This document shows positions 10,363 to 20,170 of a stretch of 64,000 bases of DNA, piece after piece. The stretch lies in contig JAKQDQ010000178.1 in the NCBI GenBank assembly GCA_029573725.1, forward strand, positions 467,929 through 531,928. The letters run 5' to 3'. The position numbers and the translations under genes are program-made. The first letter of the stretch is position 1. Every line of letters begins with the position of its first letter. The notes under the pieces were generated by a model. That model did not search any database and was not told the DNA's origin. It saw only the letters and a program-made list of their open reading frames with translations. Source of the stretch: Verrucomicrobiota bacterium. Lineage in GTDB: Bacteria > Verrucomicrobiota > Verrucomicrobiia > Limisphaerales > JADLHS01.

Positions 10363-13300
10363 ATGATGTACAACCCGATGCGCCGCCGCCGCCAATGGCG
10401 GAACGGATTATTGGCGGTGGCGCTTGCCCTGATTTCCCCGGCCGCCCTCGGGCAGGTCATCATCTCTGAATTCATGGCCAGCAACGGGAAAACCCTGGCC
10501 GATGAAGACGGGGATTTTCCCGACTGGATCGAGCTGCAAAACACCGGCAGCAGCCCCGTGGATCTCAACGGTTGGTTTCTGACCGACAAGGCCTCGAAGC
10601 CCACCAAATGGCGCCTCCCCGCCGTTACGCTCCCCGGGCATGGGTGGTTGCTCGTTTTTGCCTCCGGCAAGGACCGCGCGGTGCCGGGGCTGCCGTTGCA
10701 CGCCAATTTCAGTCTCAGCGCCGAAGGCGAATACCTGGCGCTGATCCAGCCCGACGGGGCCACCGTCGCCAGCGCCTTCGCGCCGCAGTTTCCGCCGCAA
10801 TTCCGCGATGTTTCCTACGGCCGGGGGCAGCTCATCACCACCAATGTGTTGTTGCCTGCCGGCGCTGGCGGACGTTATCACGTGCCCGCCAATGGGGCGC
10901 TTGGCAGCACGTGGCTCCAGCGCGGCTTCAACGATTCCACCTGGTCGGCGGGGACCACGGGACTGGGGTACGAAACCGAAGTGGCCGGATTCGCGGTGCG
11001 CTGCTTCAAGGCCAACGTCATCGTGGACAGCCTGGCCACCGCCAACGGCGTGCTGCTCGATCCCGCGCAACAGGTCAGTGTGACGGGCGAAAATGTCTCG
11101 CTCATCAATTATCTCAACACCGGCGACGCCGGTCATTATGGGGATGACCTGACGTTTCCGGGCCTGGCGCCGGGCGTGGATGTGGACGATTTCGTGGTGG
11201 AGGTCACCGCCACCCTGCAGATTCCCAGTGCCGGTCAGTGGACCTTTGGCGTGAACAGCGACGACGGCTTTCACTTGAGCATCGGCGACACCTTCACCAT
11301 GACGTATCCCAACCAGCGGGCGCCGGGCGACACGCTGGCCACCTTCAATTTCCCCGCCGCCGGCGATTATCCGCTGCGCCTAGTTTTTTACGAACGCGGG
11401 GGAGGCGCGGAGCTGGAACTGTTTGCGGCGCCCGGCAGCCGGTCCGCCTGGGACAGCGCGAACTTCCGCCTGGTGGGCCACACCGCCGGGGGCGGACTGG
11501 CCGTGCGGGCGGTGCCCGTGACCGGCGGCGGCGGCGGCAGCCTGCGCCCGGCCATTGCGACCGATGTGGAAACCCAGATGAAGGGGGTGAATGGTTCGGT
11601 GTATCTTCGCCTGCCCTTCCACCTGGTGGATCCCGCCGCCCTCGAATCCCTCGTGTTGCGCGTGCAGGATAATGACGGCTTCGTCGCCTGGCTGAACGGG
11701 CAGGAGGTGGCCCGCCGCCATGCGCCGGCCACCCCGCAATGGAACTCCCTCGCCACCACCAGTCGCACCGTGGCCGCCAGCCTGGCCGCGACCGAGTTCG
11801 ACTTGTCCAGCGCGCAGGGATTCCTGGTGACCGGCGACAACGTGCTGGCCGTTCAGGGCCTGAATGTCACGGCCAACGACGTCAATTTCCTGCTGGGCCC
11901 GCAGTTGATCGAGTACCGGTCCCAGGCGCTCAGCAACCTTTATTTCACCCTGCCCACCCCGGGCGCGATGAACGGCAGCGGCGTGCGGGGATTCGTGGCC
12001 GCGCCGCAGTTCAGCGTCGAACGCGGCTTCTTTGACGCGCCATTCAATCTGACCCTGACCACCGCCACGCCGGGGGCGACCATCCGTTACACCACCAACG
12101 GCACGGCGCCCACCCTGACCCATGGGCTGGTGTACACCGCCCCGCTCCCCATCAACCGGACGACCGTGCTCCGCGCCGCGGCGTTTCTGGACGAGTCGGC
12201 GCCGTCGCCCGGGGTCACGCACACGTACCTTTTTCCGGCCGACATCATTCAGCAATCCCCGACCGGCGCCGCGCCGCCCGGCTGGCCGTCCAGCTGGGGG
12301 GCGAACGTGGTGGATTACGGCATGGACCCGAATGTAACGACCGCTCCCCCCTACGCCGCCACGCTGACCAACGATCTCAAGACCATTCCCAGTTTTTCCA
12401 TCGTGATGAACCTGGCCGACCTGTTCGATCCCACGACCGGCATTTATGCGAATCCGCAACAGGACGGGCGGGCGTGGGAGCGGCCGTGTTCCGTGGAATT
12501 GATCCACCCGGATGGCACGCCCGGTTTCCAGGTGCCCGCCGGCATCCGGATCCGCGGCGGCTACAGTCGCAGCACCGCCAATCCCAAACACGCGTTCCGG
12601 CTCTTCTTCCGTTCGGAATACGGCGCGGCCAAGCTGGAATATCCGCTGTTCGGGGAGCGCGGCGCCGACACGTTTGACAGCGTGGATTTGCGCACCTTCC
12701 AGAACTACTCCTGGAGCTTTGAACATGACAGCCGGGGCATTTTTGTCCGCGACCAGTTGAACCGGGACTGGCAGCTGGCCATGGGGCACGCCGGGGAGCG
12801 CGGGGACTATTATCACCTCTACATCAACGGCCAGTACTGGGGATTGTACAACACGTGCGAACGGCCCGAGGCCAGTTACGCCGCCACTTACTGGGGCGGG
12901 AACAAGGACGACTACGACGTGATCAAGGTCGAGGCCGGCCCCTACACGGTGAACGCCACCGACGGCAATCTGGAGGCGTGGACGCAGCTCTACCAGCTGG
13001 CCCAGGCCGGCTTCACCAATGCCGCCAATTATCAGCTGGTGCAGGGCAACAACCCCGATGGCACCCGCAACCCCGCCTTCGCCAACCTGCTCGATGTGCC
13101 GAACCTGATTGATTACATGCTGATCATCTACTACGGCGGCAATCTGGATGCGCCCATTTCCAATTTCATCGGCAACAACAAGCCCAATAATTTTTACGCC
13201 GTCCGCAACCGCCTCGGCTCCGAGGGCTTCCGGTTCTTCATCCATGACGCCGAGCACACCCTGCTGGATGTGAACCAGAACCGGTTGGGCCCGTATCCCG

Positions 13301-16300
13301 CCGGCGACTCCTCCGTTCTGTACAGCAATCCGCAGTGGCTCTTCCAACGGTTGATGGCCAACGCGGAATTCCGGCTGCGCGTCGCCGACCACGTGCAACG
13401 GCACTTTTTCAACAACGGCGTGCTCACCCCGTTGCGCGTCCAGGAGCAGTTCCTGCAGCGCACCGGCCAGATTGACCGGGCGGTGGTGGGGGAATCCGCC
13501 CGGTGGGGTGACGCCAAGGGCGAACCGCCCCTGACCCGGGCCAATTGGTTGAACGCGGTGAATGACCGGCTCAACAACTACCTGCCGCAGCGCACGGCGG
13601 TGGTCCTGAATCAACTGCGCAACGCCGGCCTGTATCCCAATGTCGCCGCGCCCGTCTTCAACCAGTTCGGCGGCCCCATCACCAATGGCTTCGGGCTGAC
13701 GCTGTCCGCGTCCGCCGGCACCATTTATTTCACCCTGGACGGTTCGGATCCCCGGCTGTCCGGCGGCGCACCCTCTCCCACCGCCCAGATTTATACCGGG
13801 CCAATCACCCTCGCCGAAAGCACCCAGGTCAAGGCCCGCGCCTTGAACGCCGCCACCTGGAGCGCCTTGAGCGACGCCACTTTTACCGTCATCCAGACCT
13901 TCACCGATCTGCTCGTCACGGAGATCATGTATCATCCGCCCGCCACGGAGGAGTTTTCCGAGGGCCAGCTCGAGTTTCTGGAGTTGAAGAACACCGGCCC
14001 CGAGGAATTGGACCTGAGCGGGGTGCAGTTCACGGCCGGGGTGCAGTTCACGTTTCCCCTGGGCACGCGGCTTTCTCCCGGCGGCTTCCTCGTGCTGGCG
14101 GGCGACGTCGCGGCGTTCACCAACCGCCATCCGGGCGTGCCGGTGGCGGGCCAGTTCACCGGACGCCTGGCGAACACCGGCGAACGCCTGACCCTGGTGC
14201 ATGCGGTGGGCACCCCGATCTTCTCGGTCCAGTATTCCGACGCCCCGCCCTGGCCGGCGGCGCCCGATGGCCAGGGCTTCTCCCTCGTGCCGCTGGACCC
14301 GAACCTGAATCCCGATCCCGATGACCCGGCCAACTGGCGCAGCAGCAGCGCCCCGGGCGGCTCGCCGGGACAGGATGATCCCCCGTTGAACACGCCTCCG
14401 GTGGTGATCAACGAAATCCTCACCCACACGGATCCGCCGCAACTGGATGCCATCGAACTGCACAACCCGACGGCGGCCGCGGTGGATGTGGGGGACTGGT
14501 ATCTGAGCGATCAGCGGCTGACCCCCCGGCAATTCCGGATTCCCGCCCCCACCCTCATTCCGCCGGGAGGCTACGTGGTGTTTGACGAAACGGATTTCAA
14601 TCCCGTGCCGGGCGTGCCTCCCAGTTTCCGCCTCAGTTCGCACGGGGAGGAAATTTATCTGTTTTCCGGCGATGCGTCCGGCCAGCTCACCGGCTACAGC
14701 CACGGCTTTGCGTTTGGCGCCGCCGCCAACGGCGTTTCCTTCGGCCGGCATCTGCTCAGCACCGGCGCGGCGGACTATCCCGCGCAACAGACTCCCACGC
14801 TCGGCGCCGCCAACGCCGGGCCGCGGGTCGGACCAGTGGTGATCAGCGAGATTCATTGCGCGCCCTTGCCCGGGCAGGCGCAGTTTGTCGAATTGTTCAA
14901 TCTCACCGCTGCCCCGGTGGCGTTGTTCAACTCCGCGCATCCGGATTTGACCTGGCGAATCAACGGCATCGGCTTCTCGTTTCCCACCAACACCGTGCTG
15001 CCGCCGCAGAGTTATCTCCTGGTGGTTTCCGGTGATCCCGCCGGATTCCGCGCCAGCTACGGTGTGCCGCCGCAGGTGCCGATCTTTGGCCCGTTCCCCG
15101 GCACCCTGCAGGCCAACGGCGAGCGCCTGCAACTGTTGCGCCCGGACGACCCCGATGTGGGCGCGGACGGCCAGCCGCTCGTGCCCGAAATCGTGGTGGA
15201 CGAGGTCCGTTACGGCGTCCAGGCGCCGTGGCCGGAGCTGCCTGCCGGCAGCGGCCGCTCGTTGGAGCGGCTGGAGGTGGCCGCCTACGGCAATGACCCC
15301 ATCAACTGGCGCAGCAGTCCGGGCGCCCCTTCCCCCGGCGTGGCGAACACCGGGAACCGGCCGCCCCTCGTCAGTGCCGGCTCCGGCCGGACGGTGAGTT
15401 ATACGAACGCGCCCGTCGCGGTGTCCCTGGCCGGCAGCGCCACCGATGATGGCGTGCCCGCCCCGGCACAACTCACCCTCGCCTGGTCGCAACTCAGCGG
15501 GCCGGCGCCGGTGCAATTTGCCGACGCCACCGCCTCCAACACCACCGTGTACTTTCCCGGGGCGGGCATCTACCAGTTGCGGCTGTCCGCCAGTGATGGC
15601 GAATTCGTCGCCAGCAGCGAGGTGGTTTTCACGCTCACCCGCGCGGTGAACCCGCTCACTTTTGTCCCCGCCGGCGCGGTCTGGAAGTATTACGACCTGG
15701 GCGGGGATTTGCCGGCCAACTGGAACACGCCCGCCTTCAATGATGCGGCCTGGGCCAGCGGCCCGGCCCGGCTGGGCTACGGCAGCGATGGCGAAGTCAC
15801 GGTGGTGGGCTATGGCAACGATCCCGGCCACCGCCACCTCACCACCTGGTTCCGCCACCGGTTCACCGTCCAGCAGGCGGCGGCCGTCACCGCCTTGAAG
15901 GTCGGCCTGTTGCGCGATGACGGAGGCATCGTCTATCTCAACGGGCAGGAGGTGTTCCGCAGCAACATGCCCGATGGCGATCCCACCGCCACCACCCTCG
16001 CCACCAGCGCCGTCGCCGGTGCGGACGAGGCCGCCTTCTTCGAACACGCCATTGATCCCGGCCTGCTGGTCGAGGGCGAAAACGTGCTGGCCGTGCGCAT
16101 CCATCAGATCAGCGGCTCCAGTTCCGATCTGGGATTCAACCTGTATCTGACCGGCAGCGGCTATCCGCCCAATGCCGGCCCCACCGCCCAGGCCGGCCCG
16201 GATCAGGCGGTCAATCTGGGCGCCGCCGCCGCGCTCGCCGGCCAGGTGGCCGACGACGGTTTGCCCGTGCCTCCCGGCCAGTTGACGTGGAACTGGTCGA

Positions 16301-16845
16301 AACTCAGCGGTCCGGGCAGCGTCACCTTTGCCGCGCCGGACGCGCTGCAGACGACGGCGACCTTTTCGCTGCCGGGCGCGTACGTGCTGCGTCTGACCGT
16401 CAGCGATGGCGGGTTGTCCGCCACGGACGACGTGGCGGTGACCGTGCAGGGGCTCACCTTTGCGGCGTGGCGCGCCCTGCATTTCACGCCGGCGGAGCTG
16501 GAGAATCCGGCCCTCAGCGGGGCAACGGCGGATCCCGATCAGGATGGCCACGATAATTACCAGGAATACCTGGCGGACACCGACCCCCGCGACCCGGCCA
16601 GTGTGTTGCGGCTGGTCGGCGTCGCCCTCATCCCGCTTCCCGCCCCGGCGGTGCAGTTGCAGTTCAACGCCGTCTCCACCCGCGCCTATGTCTTGCAGGC
16701 GCGTCCGGAGACGCCCGGGGGCGTTTGGGAGGACGTGCAGCAAATTCCCGCGCCGGCGCAAAACGGCGTGCTGACGGTGTCCGTGCCCTGGTCCGCCCAG
16801 CAAGCCACCCGGTATTTCCGCGTGGTCACCGCGCCCGCCCCGTGA
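10363..16845 (+). CDS. Giant secreted CotH-kinase-family protein with lamin-tail domains and a PA14-like domain
   Basis: Signal peptide present. Four LTD signatures: VIISEFMASN..DWIELQNTG..LNGWFLTD; LLVTEIMYHP..FLELKNTG; VVINEILTH..AIELHNPT; VVISEIHCAP..FVELFNLT. PA14-like block: DDFVVEVTATLQIPSAGQWTFGVNSDDGFHLSIGD..YPLRLVFYERGGGAELELF. CotH block: KHAFRLFFRSEYGAAKLEYPLFG..YHLYINGQYWGLYNTCERPE. Two Fn3-associated motifs: ATIRYTTNGTAPT and GTIYFTLDGSDP. Confidence 0.9.
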   Translation: MMYNPMRRRRQWRNGLLAVALALISPAALGQVIISEFMASNGKTLADEDGDFPDWIELQNTGSSPVDLNGWFLTDKASKPTKWRLPAVTLPGHGWLLVFASGKDRAVPGLPLHANFSLSAEGEYLALIQPDGATVASAFAPQFPPQFRDVSYGRGQLITTNVLLPAGAGGRYHVPANGALGSTWLQRGFNDSTWSAGTTGLGYETEVAGFAVRCFKANVIVDSLATANGVLLDPAQQVSVTGENVSLINYLNTGDAGHYGDDLTFPGLAPGVDVDDFVVEVTATLQIPSAGQWTFGVNSDDGFHLSIGDTFTMTYPNQRAPGDTLATFNFPAAGDYPLRLVFYERGGGAELELFAAPGSRSAWDSANFRLVGHTAGGGLAVRAVPVTGGGGGSLRPAIATDVETQMKGVNGSVYLRLPFHLVDPAALESLVLRVQDNDGFVAWLNGQEVARRHAPATPQWNSLATTSRTVAASLAATEFDLSSAQGFLVTGDNVLAVQGLNVTANDVNFLLGPQLIEYRSQALSNLYFTLPTPGAMNGSGVRGFVAAPQFSVERGFFDAPFNLTLTTATPGATIRYTTNGTAPTLTHGLVYTAPLPINRTTVLRAAAFLDESAPSPGVTHTYLFPADIIQQSPTGAAPPGWPSSWGANVVDYGMDPNVTTAPPYAATLTNDLKTIPSFSIVMNLADLFDPTTGIYANPQQDGRAWERPCSVELIHPDGTPGFQVPAGIRIRGGYSRSTANPKHAFRLFFRSEYGAAKLEYPLFGERGADTFDSVDLRTFQNYSWSFEHDSRGIFVRDQLNRDWQLAMGHAGERGDYYHLYINGQYWGLYNTCERPEASYAATYWGGNKDDYDVIKVEAGPYTVNATDGNLEAWTQLYQLAQAGFTNAANYQLVQGNNPDGTRNPAFANLLDVPNLIDYMLIIYYGGNLDAPISNFIGNNKPNNFYAVRNRLGSEGFRFFIHDAEHTLLDVNQNRLGPYPAGDSSVLYSNPQWLFQRLMANAEFRLRVADHVQRHFFNNGVLTPLRVQEQFLQRTGQIDRAVVGESARWGDAKGEPPLTRANWLNAVNDRLNNYLPQRTAVVLNQLRNAGLYPNVAAPVFNQFGGPITNGFGLTLSASAGTIYFTLDGSDPRLSGGAPSPTAQIYTGPITLAESTQVKARALNAATWSALSDATFTVIQTFTDLLVTEIMYHPPATEEFSEGQLEFLELKNTGPEELDLSGVQFTAGVQFTFPLGTRLSPGGFLVLAGDVAAFTNRHPGVPVAGQFTGRLANTGERLTLVHAVGTPIFSVQYSDAPPWPAAPDGQGFSLVPLDPNLNPDPDDPANWRSSSAPGGSPGQDDPPLNTPPVVINEILTHTDPPQLDAIELHNPTAAAVDVGDWYLSDQRLTPRQFRIPAPTLIPPGGYVVFDETDFNPVPGVPPSFRLSSHGEEIYLFSGDASGQLTGYSHGFAFGAAANGVSFGRHLLSTGAADYPAQQTPTLGAANAGPRVGPVVISEIHCAPLPGQAQFVELFNLTAAPVALFNSAHPDLTWRINGIGFSFPTNTVLPPQSYLLVVSGDPAGFRASYGVPPQVPIFGPFPGTLQANGERLQLLRPDDPDVGADGQPLVPEIVVDEVRYGVQAPWPELPAGSGRSLERLEVAAYGNDPINWRSSPGAPSPGVANTGNRPPLVSAGSGRTVSYTNAPVAVSLAGSATDDGVPAPAQLTLAWSQLSGPAPVQFADATASNTTVYFPGAGIYQLRLSASDGEFVASSEVVFTLTRAVNPLTFVPAGAVWKYYDLGGDLPANWNTPAFNDAAWASGPARLGYGSDGEVTVVGYGNDPGHRHLTTWFRHRFTVQQAAAVTALKVGLLRDDGGIVYLNGQEVFRSNMPDGDPTATTLATSAVAGADEAAFFEHAIDPGLLVEGENVLAVRIHQISGSSSDLGFNLYLTGSGYPPNAGPTAQAGPDQAVNLGAAAALAGQVADDGLPVPPGQLTWNWSKLSGPGSVTFAAPDALQTTATFSLPGAYVLRLTVSDGGLSATDDVAVTVQGLTFAAWRALHFTPAELENPALSGATADPDQDGHDNYQEYLADTDPRDPASVLRLVGVALIPLPAPAVQLQFNAVSTRAYVLQARPETPGGVWEDVQQIPAPAQNGVLTVSVPWSAQQATRYFRVVTAPAP

Positions 16846-16885
16846 GCGGACGGCGCTCCGCCCGCGCGGACCGGGCGGGGACCGC

Positions 16886-17611
16886 TCAAGGTTTCCAGAC
16901 GCCCAGGGTCACCAGCTGACGGGTCACCGTGGGCGCCCAGCCCCGGTTCGCCAGCGGGTTGGCCGGACTCGGGTGCAGGATCTGTCCCACCTTCAACTGC
17001 CGGGCCGCGCCGCACGCGGCCCCACGCTGGCGCGCGAAACCGCCAATGCCCACCAGCCATTCCGGTTCGAGCGCCGCCAGCACCTGGCGCAGGTGGACAT
17101 CGCAAATCGCAAACAACCGCTGCTGTTCCGTCCGCGACAGTTTGTCCGGGGTCAGGTTGGCGCCGGATGCCGTCAGAAAGGTGAGCGGACAATAGTTCAC
17201 CACCAGATGCTCCGCAAAAAAGCGTTCCGGACGGCCGAAACGCCCGGCAAACAGGCCCCATAACCGCCGGCCGCTCACCTCCGAACGGTGGCACGCAAAG
17301 CCGAGAATCGGCCGCTTGGGATGTTCCCGCGGCGGTTTGCCCACCGCCGCCTCAATGCCCAGCCAGTCCCGCACCATGCCCACCTCCCCAAACGGCACGC
17401 CCACCTGCGTCATGCCAAACGGACCGGGGTTCATGCCCAGGAACACCACCCGTTTGCGGCCGCGGGCGTAGCGCCGCAGATATTCCGCATACGGCTGCCA
17501 GGCATAGTCCAGGGGATTGTACACCTGCGCCACCGGCCGCTTGAAGCGCAGGCGATCCACGCGCGCCGCCAGTTCCTGCGCCGCCCGGATCAGGGTCGGG
17601 GCGACGTTCAT
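16886..17611 (-). CDS. Family-3 (SMUG1-type) uracil-DNA glycosylase
   Basis: The motifs GMNPGPFGMTQVGVPFGE and HPSPANP match the SMUG1 signature pair. The start codon overlaps the upstream stop (ATGA at 17608-17611). Confidence 0.85.
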   Translation of the reverse strand: MNVAPTLIRAAQELAARVDRLRFKRPVAQVYNPLDYAWQPYAEYLRRYARGRKRVVFLGMNPGPFGMTQVGVPFGEVGMVRDWLGIEAAVGKPPREHPKRPILGFACHRSEVSGRRLWGLFAGRFGRPERFFAEHLVVNYCPLTFLTASGANLTPDKLSRTEQQRLFAICDVHLRQVLAALEPEWLVGIGGFARQRGAACGAARQLKVGQILHPSPANPLANRGWAPTVTRQLVTLGVWKP

Positions 17612-18336
17612 GGTGCGTCCGCCTGCACGCGCGCCAGCGTGAAGCCGTCATACCCCTTGCTGCCCACGGTTTGCAGGGTGGTGGCGCTGACCCGGGCCTC
17701 GCCGGCCAGCAGCTCGTGCAGCCGCCGCATCGCCTGCACCCGCGGATCCGCGCTGTGCGGATCGGCCAGCGCCCCGTTGCGCACCACATTGTCCGCCACA
17801 ATCAACGTCCCGGGACGCGCCAGCCGCAGCGACCATTCCCAGTACGCCGGATAATTTTCCTTGTCGGCGTCAATGAAGATGAAATCGAACGGGCCCCGGC
17901 CGGCGGCCGCCAGTTGCGGCAAGGTTTCCAGCGCGGGCCCGACCCGCAACTCGATGCGCGCCGCCAGACCGGCCCGCTGGAAATTCGCCCGGGCCACGGC
18001 GGCATGGCGCGGTTCCGCTTCCAGGGTGACCAGCCGGCCGTCGGGCGGCAGCGCCCGCGCCAGCCAGAGCGTGCTGTAACCGGCCAGCGTCCCGATTTCC
18101 AGGATGTTCCGCGCCTGCTGCGCCTGCGCCAGCAACTGCAACAATTTGCCCTGCGGAGGCGAAACCCCGATGGCCGGCAGACCCGCCGCCTCCCGGGACG
18201 CCACCACCTCGTCCAGCACCGCATCCGGAGGGATCAGCCGGTCGGTGATGTAGCGGTCCACCGCCGTCCATTCTGCCGTTTCCATAGCCGGTTCAGAGTG
18301 GGCGCGGTCCACCGCACATGCAAGGGCGCAATTCAT
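17608..18336 (-). CDS. Class I SAM-dependent O-methyltransferase (family 3, caffeoyl-CoA OMT-like)
   Basis: ILEIGTLAGYSTLWLARALPPDGRLVTLEAEPRHAAVARANF ... FDFIFIDADKENYPAYWEWSLRLARPGTLIVADNV. The likely true start is ATG 18285 (METAEWTAVDRYI). Confidence 0.85.
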   Translation of the reverse strand: MNCALACAVDRAHSEPAMETAEWTAVDRYITDRLIPPDAVLDEVVASREAAGLPAIGVSPPQGKLLQLLAQAQQARNILEIGTLAGYSTLWLARALPPDGRLVTLEAEPRHAAVARANFQRAGLAARIELRVGPALETLPQLAAAGRGPFDFIFIDADKENYPAYWEWSLRLARPGTLIVADNVVRNGALADPHSADPRVQAMRRLHELLAGEARVSATTLQTVGSKGYDGFTLARVQADAP

Positions 18337-18375
18337 TCCCGCGGAACGGAATCGGAAAATGCGGGCCGCCCGCCC

Positions 18376-18600
18376 CCCTCAGCCCGGCGGATGGCCAGAG
18401 GCACAGTTGCGCGTGAGGAGACACAGCGGAACCCACCCTCTCCCCAGCGGATGGGGCGAGGGGCAAAGTCTCGTGACCGATTGGCGGGTGGCGTCTGGGC
18501 CGGCTTTGAGCGCCTGATGTATGGTGTTGCTACACCCCTCACCCGGCCTGGCGGCCACCCTCTCCCCAGCGGGTGGGGCGAGGGACGGAGGTGCGGGAGG
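18376..18600. repeat. Three copies of a GC-rich hairpin repeat (CCCTCTCCCC-N7-GGGG(A/C)GAGGG family)
   Basis: Degenerate copy at 18376-18402. Core hairpin at 18436-18462 (CCCTCTCCCC agcggat GGGGCGAGGG). Full copy at 18535-18600 (CCCCTCACCC ... CCCTCTCCCC agcgggt GGGGCGAGGG ACGG...). A fourth copy in the same plus-strand orientation lies inside the topoisomerase gene at 45950-46009. Confidence 0.7.
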
Positions 18601-18825
18601 GTCGGCCGGTGGCGGAAATTGCGGAAATCATGATCCACGCCGCCGTGGCAGGAAATTTTCCGTCCTGACGATGGGGACACGAAATTTTTGTCCCCCTTGA
18701 GCGGCGGCCTCGGTAAAAATACTGAAGGAAAATATCCGGGAGACATTTTGCAACCGACTGGTGGACAGCAGGTTGCGCTGGGTGGTTCGGCGGGAAATTT
18801 TGTTCAAAAATTTTTCAAAAAACTA

Positions 18826-18854
18826 TTGACGCTTTGTCCCCCTTTTGGGATAGT
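18826..18854 (+). promoter_or_regulatory. Sigma70-like promoter for the 18889 gene
   Basis: TTGACG (18826-18831), 17-nt spacer, GATAGT (18849-18854). It is preceded by an A/T-rich UP-like tract (aaatttttgttcaaaaatttttcaaaaaactat), which stands out in this GC-rich genome. Confidence 0.4.
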
Positions 18855-18888
18855 CATGCGCACACGGTAACTAAAAACCATACAAACT

Positions 18889-19530
18889 ATGAGAACAAAA
18901 ACCATACTTGCTGCCGCAGCATTCATTGCGGCCGGAGCTCTGTACTCCACAGCGCAGTCCAATGTGTATTCTCTGAATATCGTTGGCTACGTTAATGTTG
19001 ACCTGACCGCCAACCAGTACGCGCTCTTGTCAAACCCCCTGAAACCCTCCGACGGGAATTATGATGTTTCGAATATCGTGAAGCTCGCGGACGGAAGTTC
19101 GGACAGCTCGCAGTGCCTCACTTGGAGTGGGACAGCTTGGGAGAGCATTGACTGGCTGGATGGGGTTGGTTGGAGTGAACCGAAGAACATCGCTCTTGGC
19201 CAAGGCTTCTTTGTCCGTGCGACGAGCAATCAGACGATCACGTTTGTCGGTGAAGTTCAAACCGGCACATCGAGTACCACGTTGTCTCCGGGATTGAGCC
19301 TGGTGGGCAGCAAGGTTCCAGTCGCTGGAAATTATCCTGGTTCAACTGTGGGAAATGACTCGGATGCGATCTTTGTCTGGGCGGGTAGCGCTTGGGATAC
19401 GATTGACTATATCGGAGGATTGGGCTGGACCTCCGCCGATCCGAATGGTCCAGCAATCGGCGTGGCTCAAGGCTTCTTTTACAACAACACCGGGGCGGCC
19501 CTGAACTGGGAAGTCACGTTGAATCCGTAA
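18889..19530 (+). CDS. Secreted protein, function unknown
   Basis: Signal peptide MRTKTILAAAAFIAAGALYSTAQS. Repeated W..IDW/IDYIGGLGW motifs. G+C is lower than in the flanks. It is followed 37 nt later by the PEP-CTERM gene. Confidence 0.75.
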   Translation: MRTKTILAAAAFIAAGALYSTAQSNVYSLNIVGYVNVDLTANQYALLSNPLKPSDGNYDVSNIVKLADGSSDSSQCLTWSGTAWESIDWLDGVGWSEPKNIALGQGFFVRATSNQTITFVGEVQTGTSSTTLSPGLSLVGSKVPVAGNYPGSTVGNDSDAIFVWAGSAWDTIDYIGGLGWTSADPNGPAIGVAQGFFYNNTGAALNWEVTLNP

Positions 19531-19567
19531 TTTGAATTTAGTCGAAACAAGCTAAAAATACACAAAT

Positions 19568-20152
19568 ATGAAAAAAACCCTCATTACACTAATGGCTGTC
19601 GGTGCTGCCAGCACCATGGCCTTCGCTCAAGGCACGGTTAGCTTCAATAACAACGCTGCCTCCATAGTCATGGTTGACCCAGGTGACGGCAGTGCGCTGG
19701 TTCCAGCACCCGCCAACGGTGGCTTTGTCCAATTGTTGTGGGCACCGGTTGGAACGACGGACTTGAACCTCTTTCAGCCGACGTTGAATGTCGCTGGTGC
19801 GAACATCACTGAGAATGGCGCTGCGCGCTTCTTGGCTCCGGGCCGTTTCGCGGCTGGAGTTGTGACCATTCCTTCCATCTCGCCTGGCGGAGCTGCCGCT
19901 TTGGTGGTGCGTGGCTGGCTGGGAACCGCTCCGACTTGGGCGGACGCTGTGAATCAAGGTGCTCCGACGGGTTGGAGTCCTATCTTCACAATTCCTGCCA
20001 CGGGTGATCCTACGGCCTTGCCTCCAGGATTGCCGGTTGCCGTGAACACTGTGTTCCCGGCTGGGATGGTGATTGCCGTTCCCGAGCCGACCAGCATGGC
20101 CTTGGCCGGGCTGGGCGCTGCGGCACTGTTGATCTTCCGCCGCCGCAAGTAA
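19568..20152 (+). CDS. PEP-CTERM sorting-domain protein
   Basis: Signal peptide MKKTLITLMAVGAASTMAFAQG. The C-terminus VPEPTSMALAGLGAAALLIFRRRK shows PEP motif, TM helix and basic tail. Confidence 0.85.
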   Translation: MKKTLITLMAVGAASTMAFAQGTVSFNNNAASIVMVDPGDGSALVPAPANGGFVQLLWAPVGTTDLNLFQPTLNVAGANITENGAARFLAPGRFAAGVVTIPSISPGGAAALVVRGWLGTAPTWADAVNQGAPTGWSPIFTIPATGDPTALPPGLPVAVNTVFPAGMVIAVPEPTSMALAGLGAAALLIFRRRK

Positions 20153-20170
20153 TCTAATCGGTTTCTTTCA

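Noticed and set aside
11380-16803. 1807-aa ORF antisense to the LTD/CotH gene
   Set aside because: It is the same kind of shadow ORF. The plus-strand frame carries LTD, PA14 and CotH signatures, while the antisense product is low-complexity and R/G/P-rich.
18376-18600. Possible CRISPR array suggested by repeated hairpins
   Set aside because: There are only three copies, with unequal length and spacing, and they are degenerate. The repeat is itself a GC palindrome and also occurs inside a CDS at 45950. No cas genes are present.
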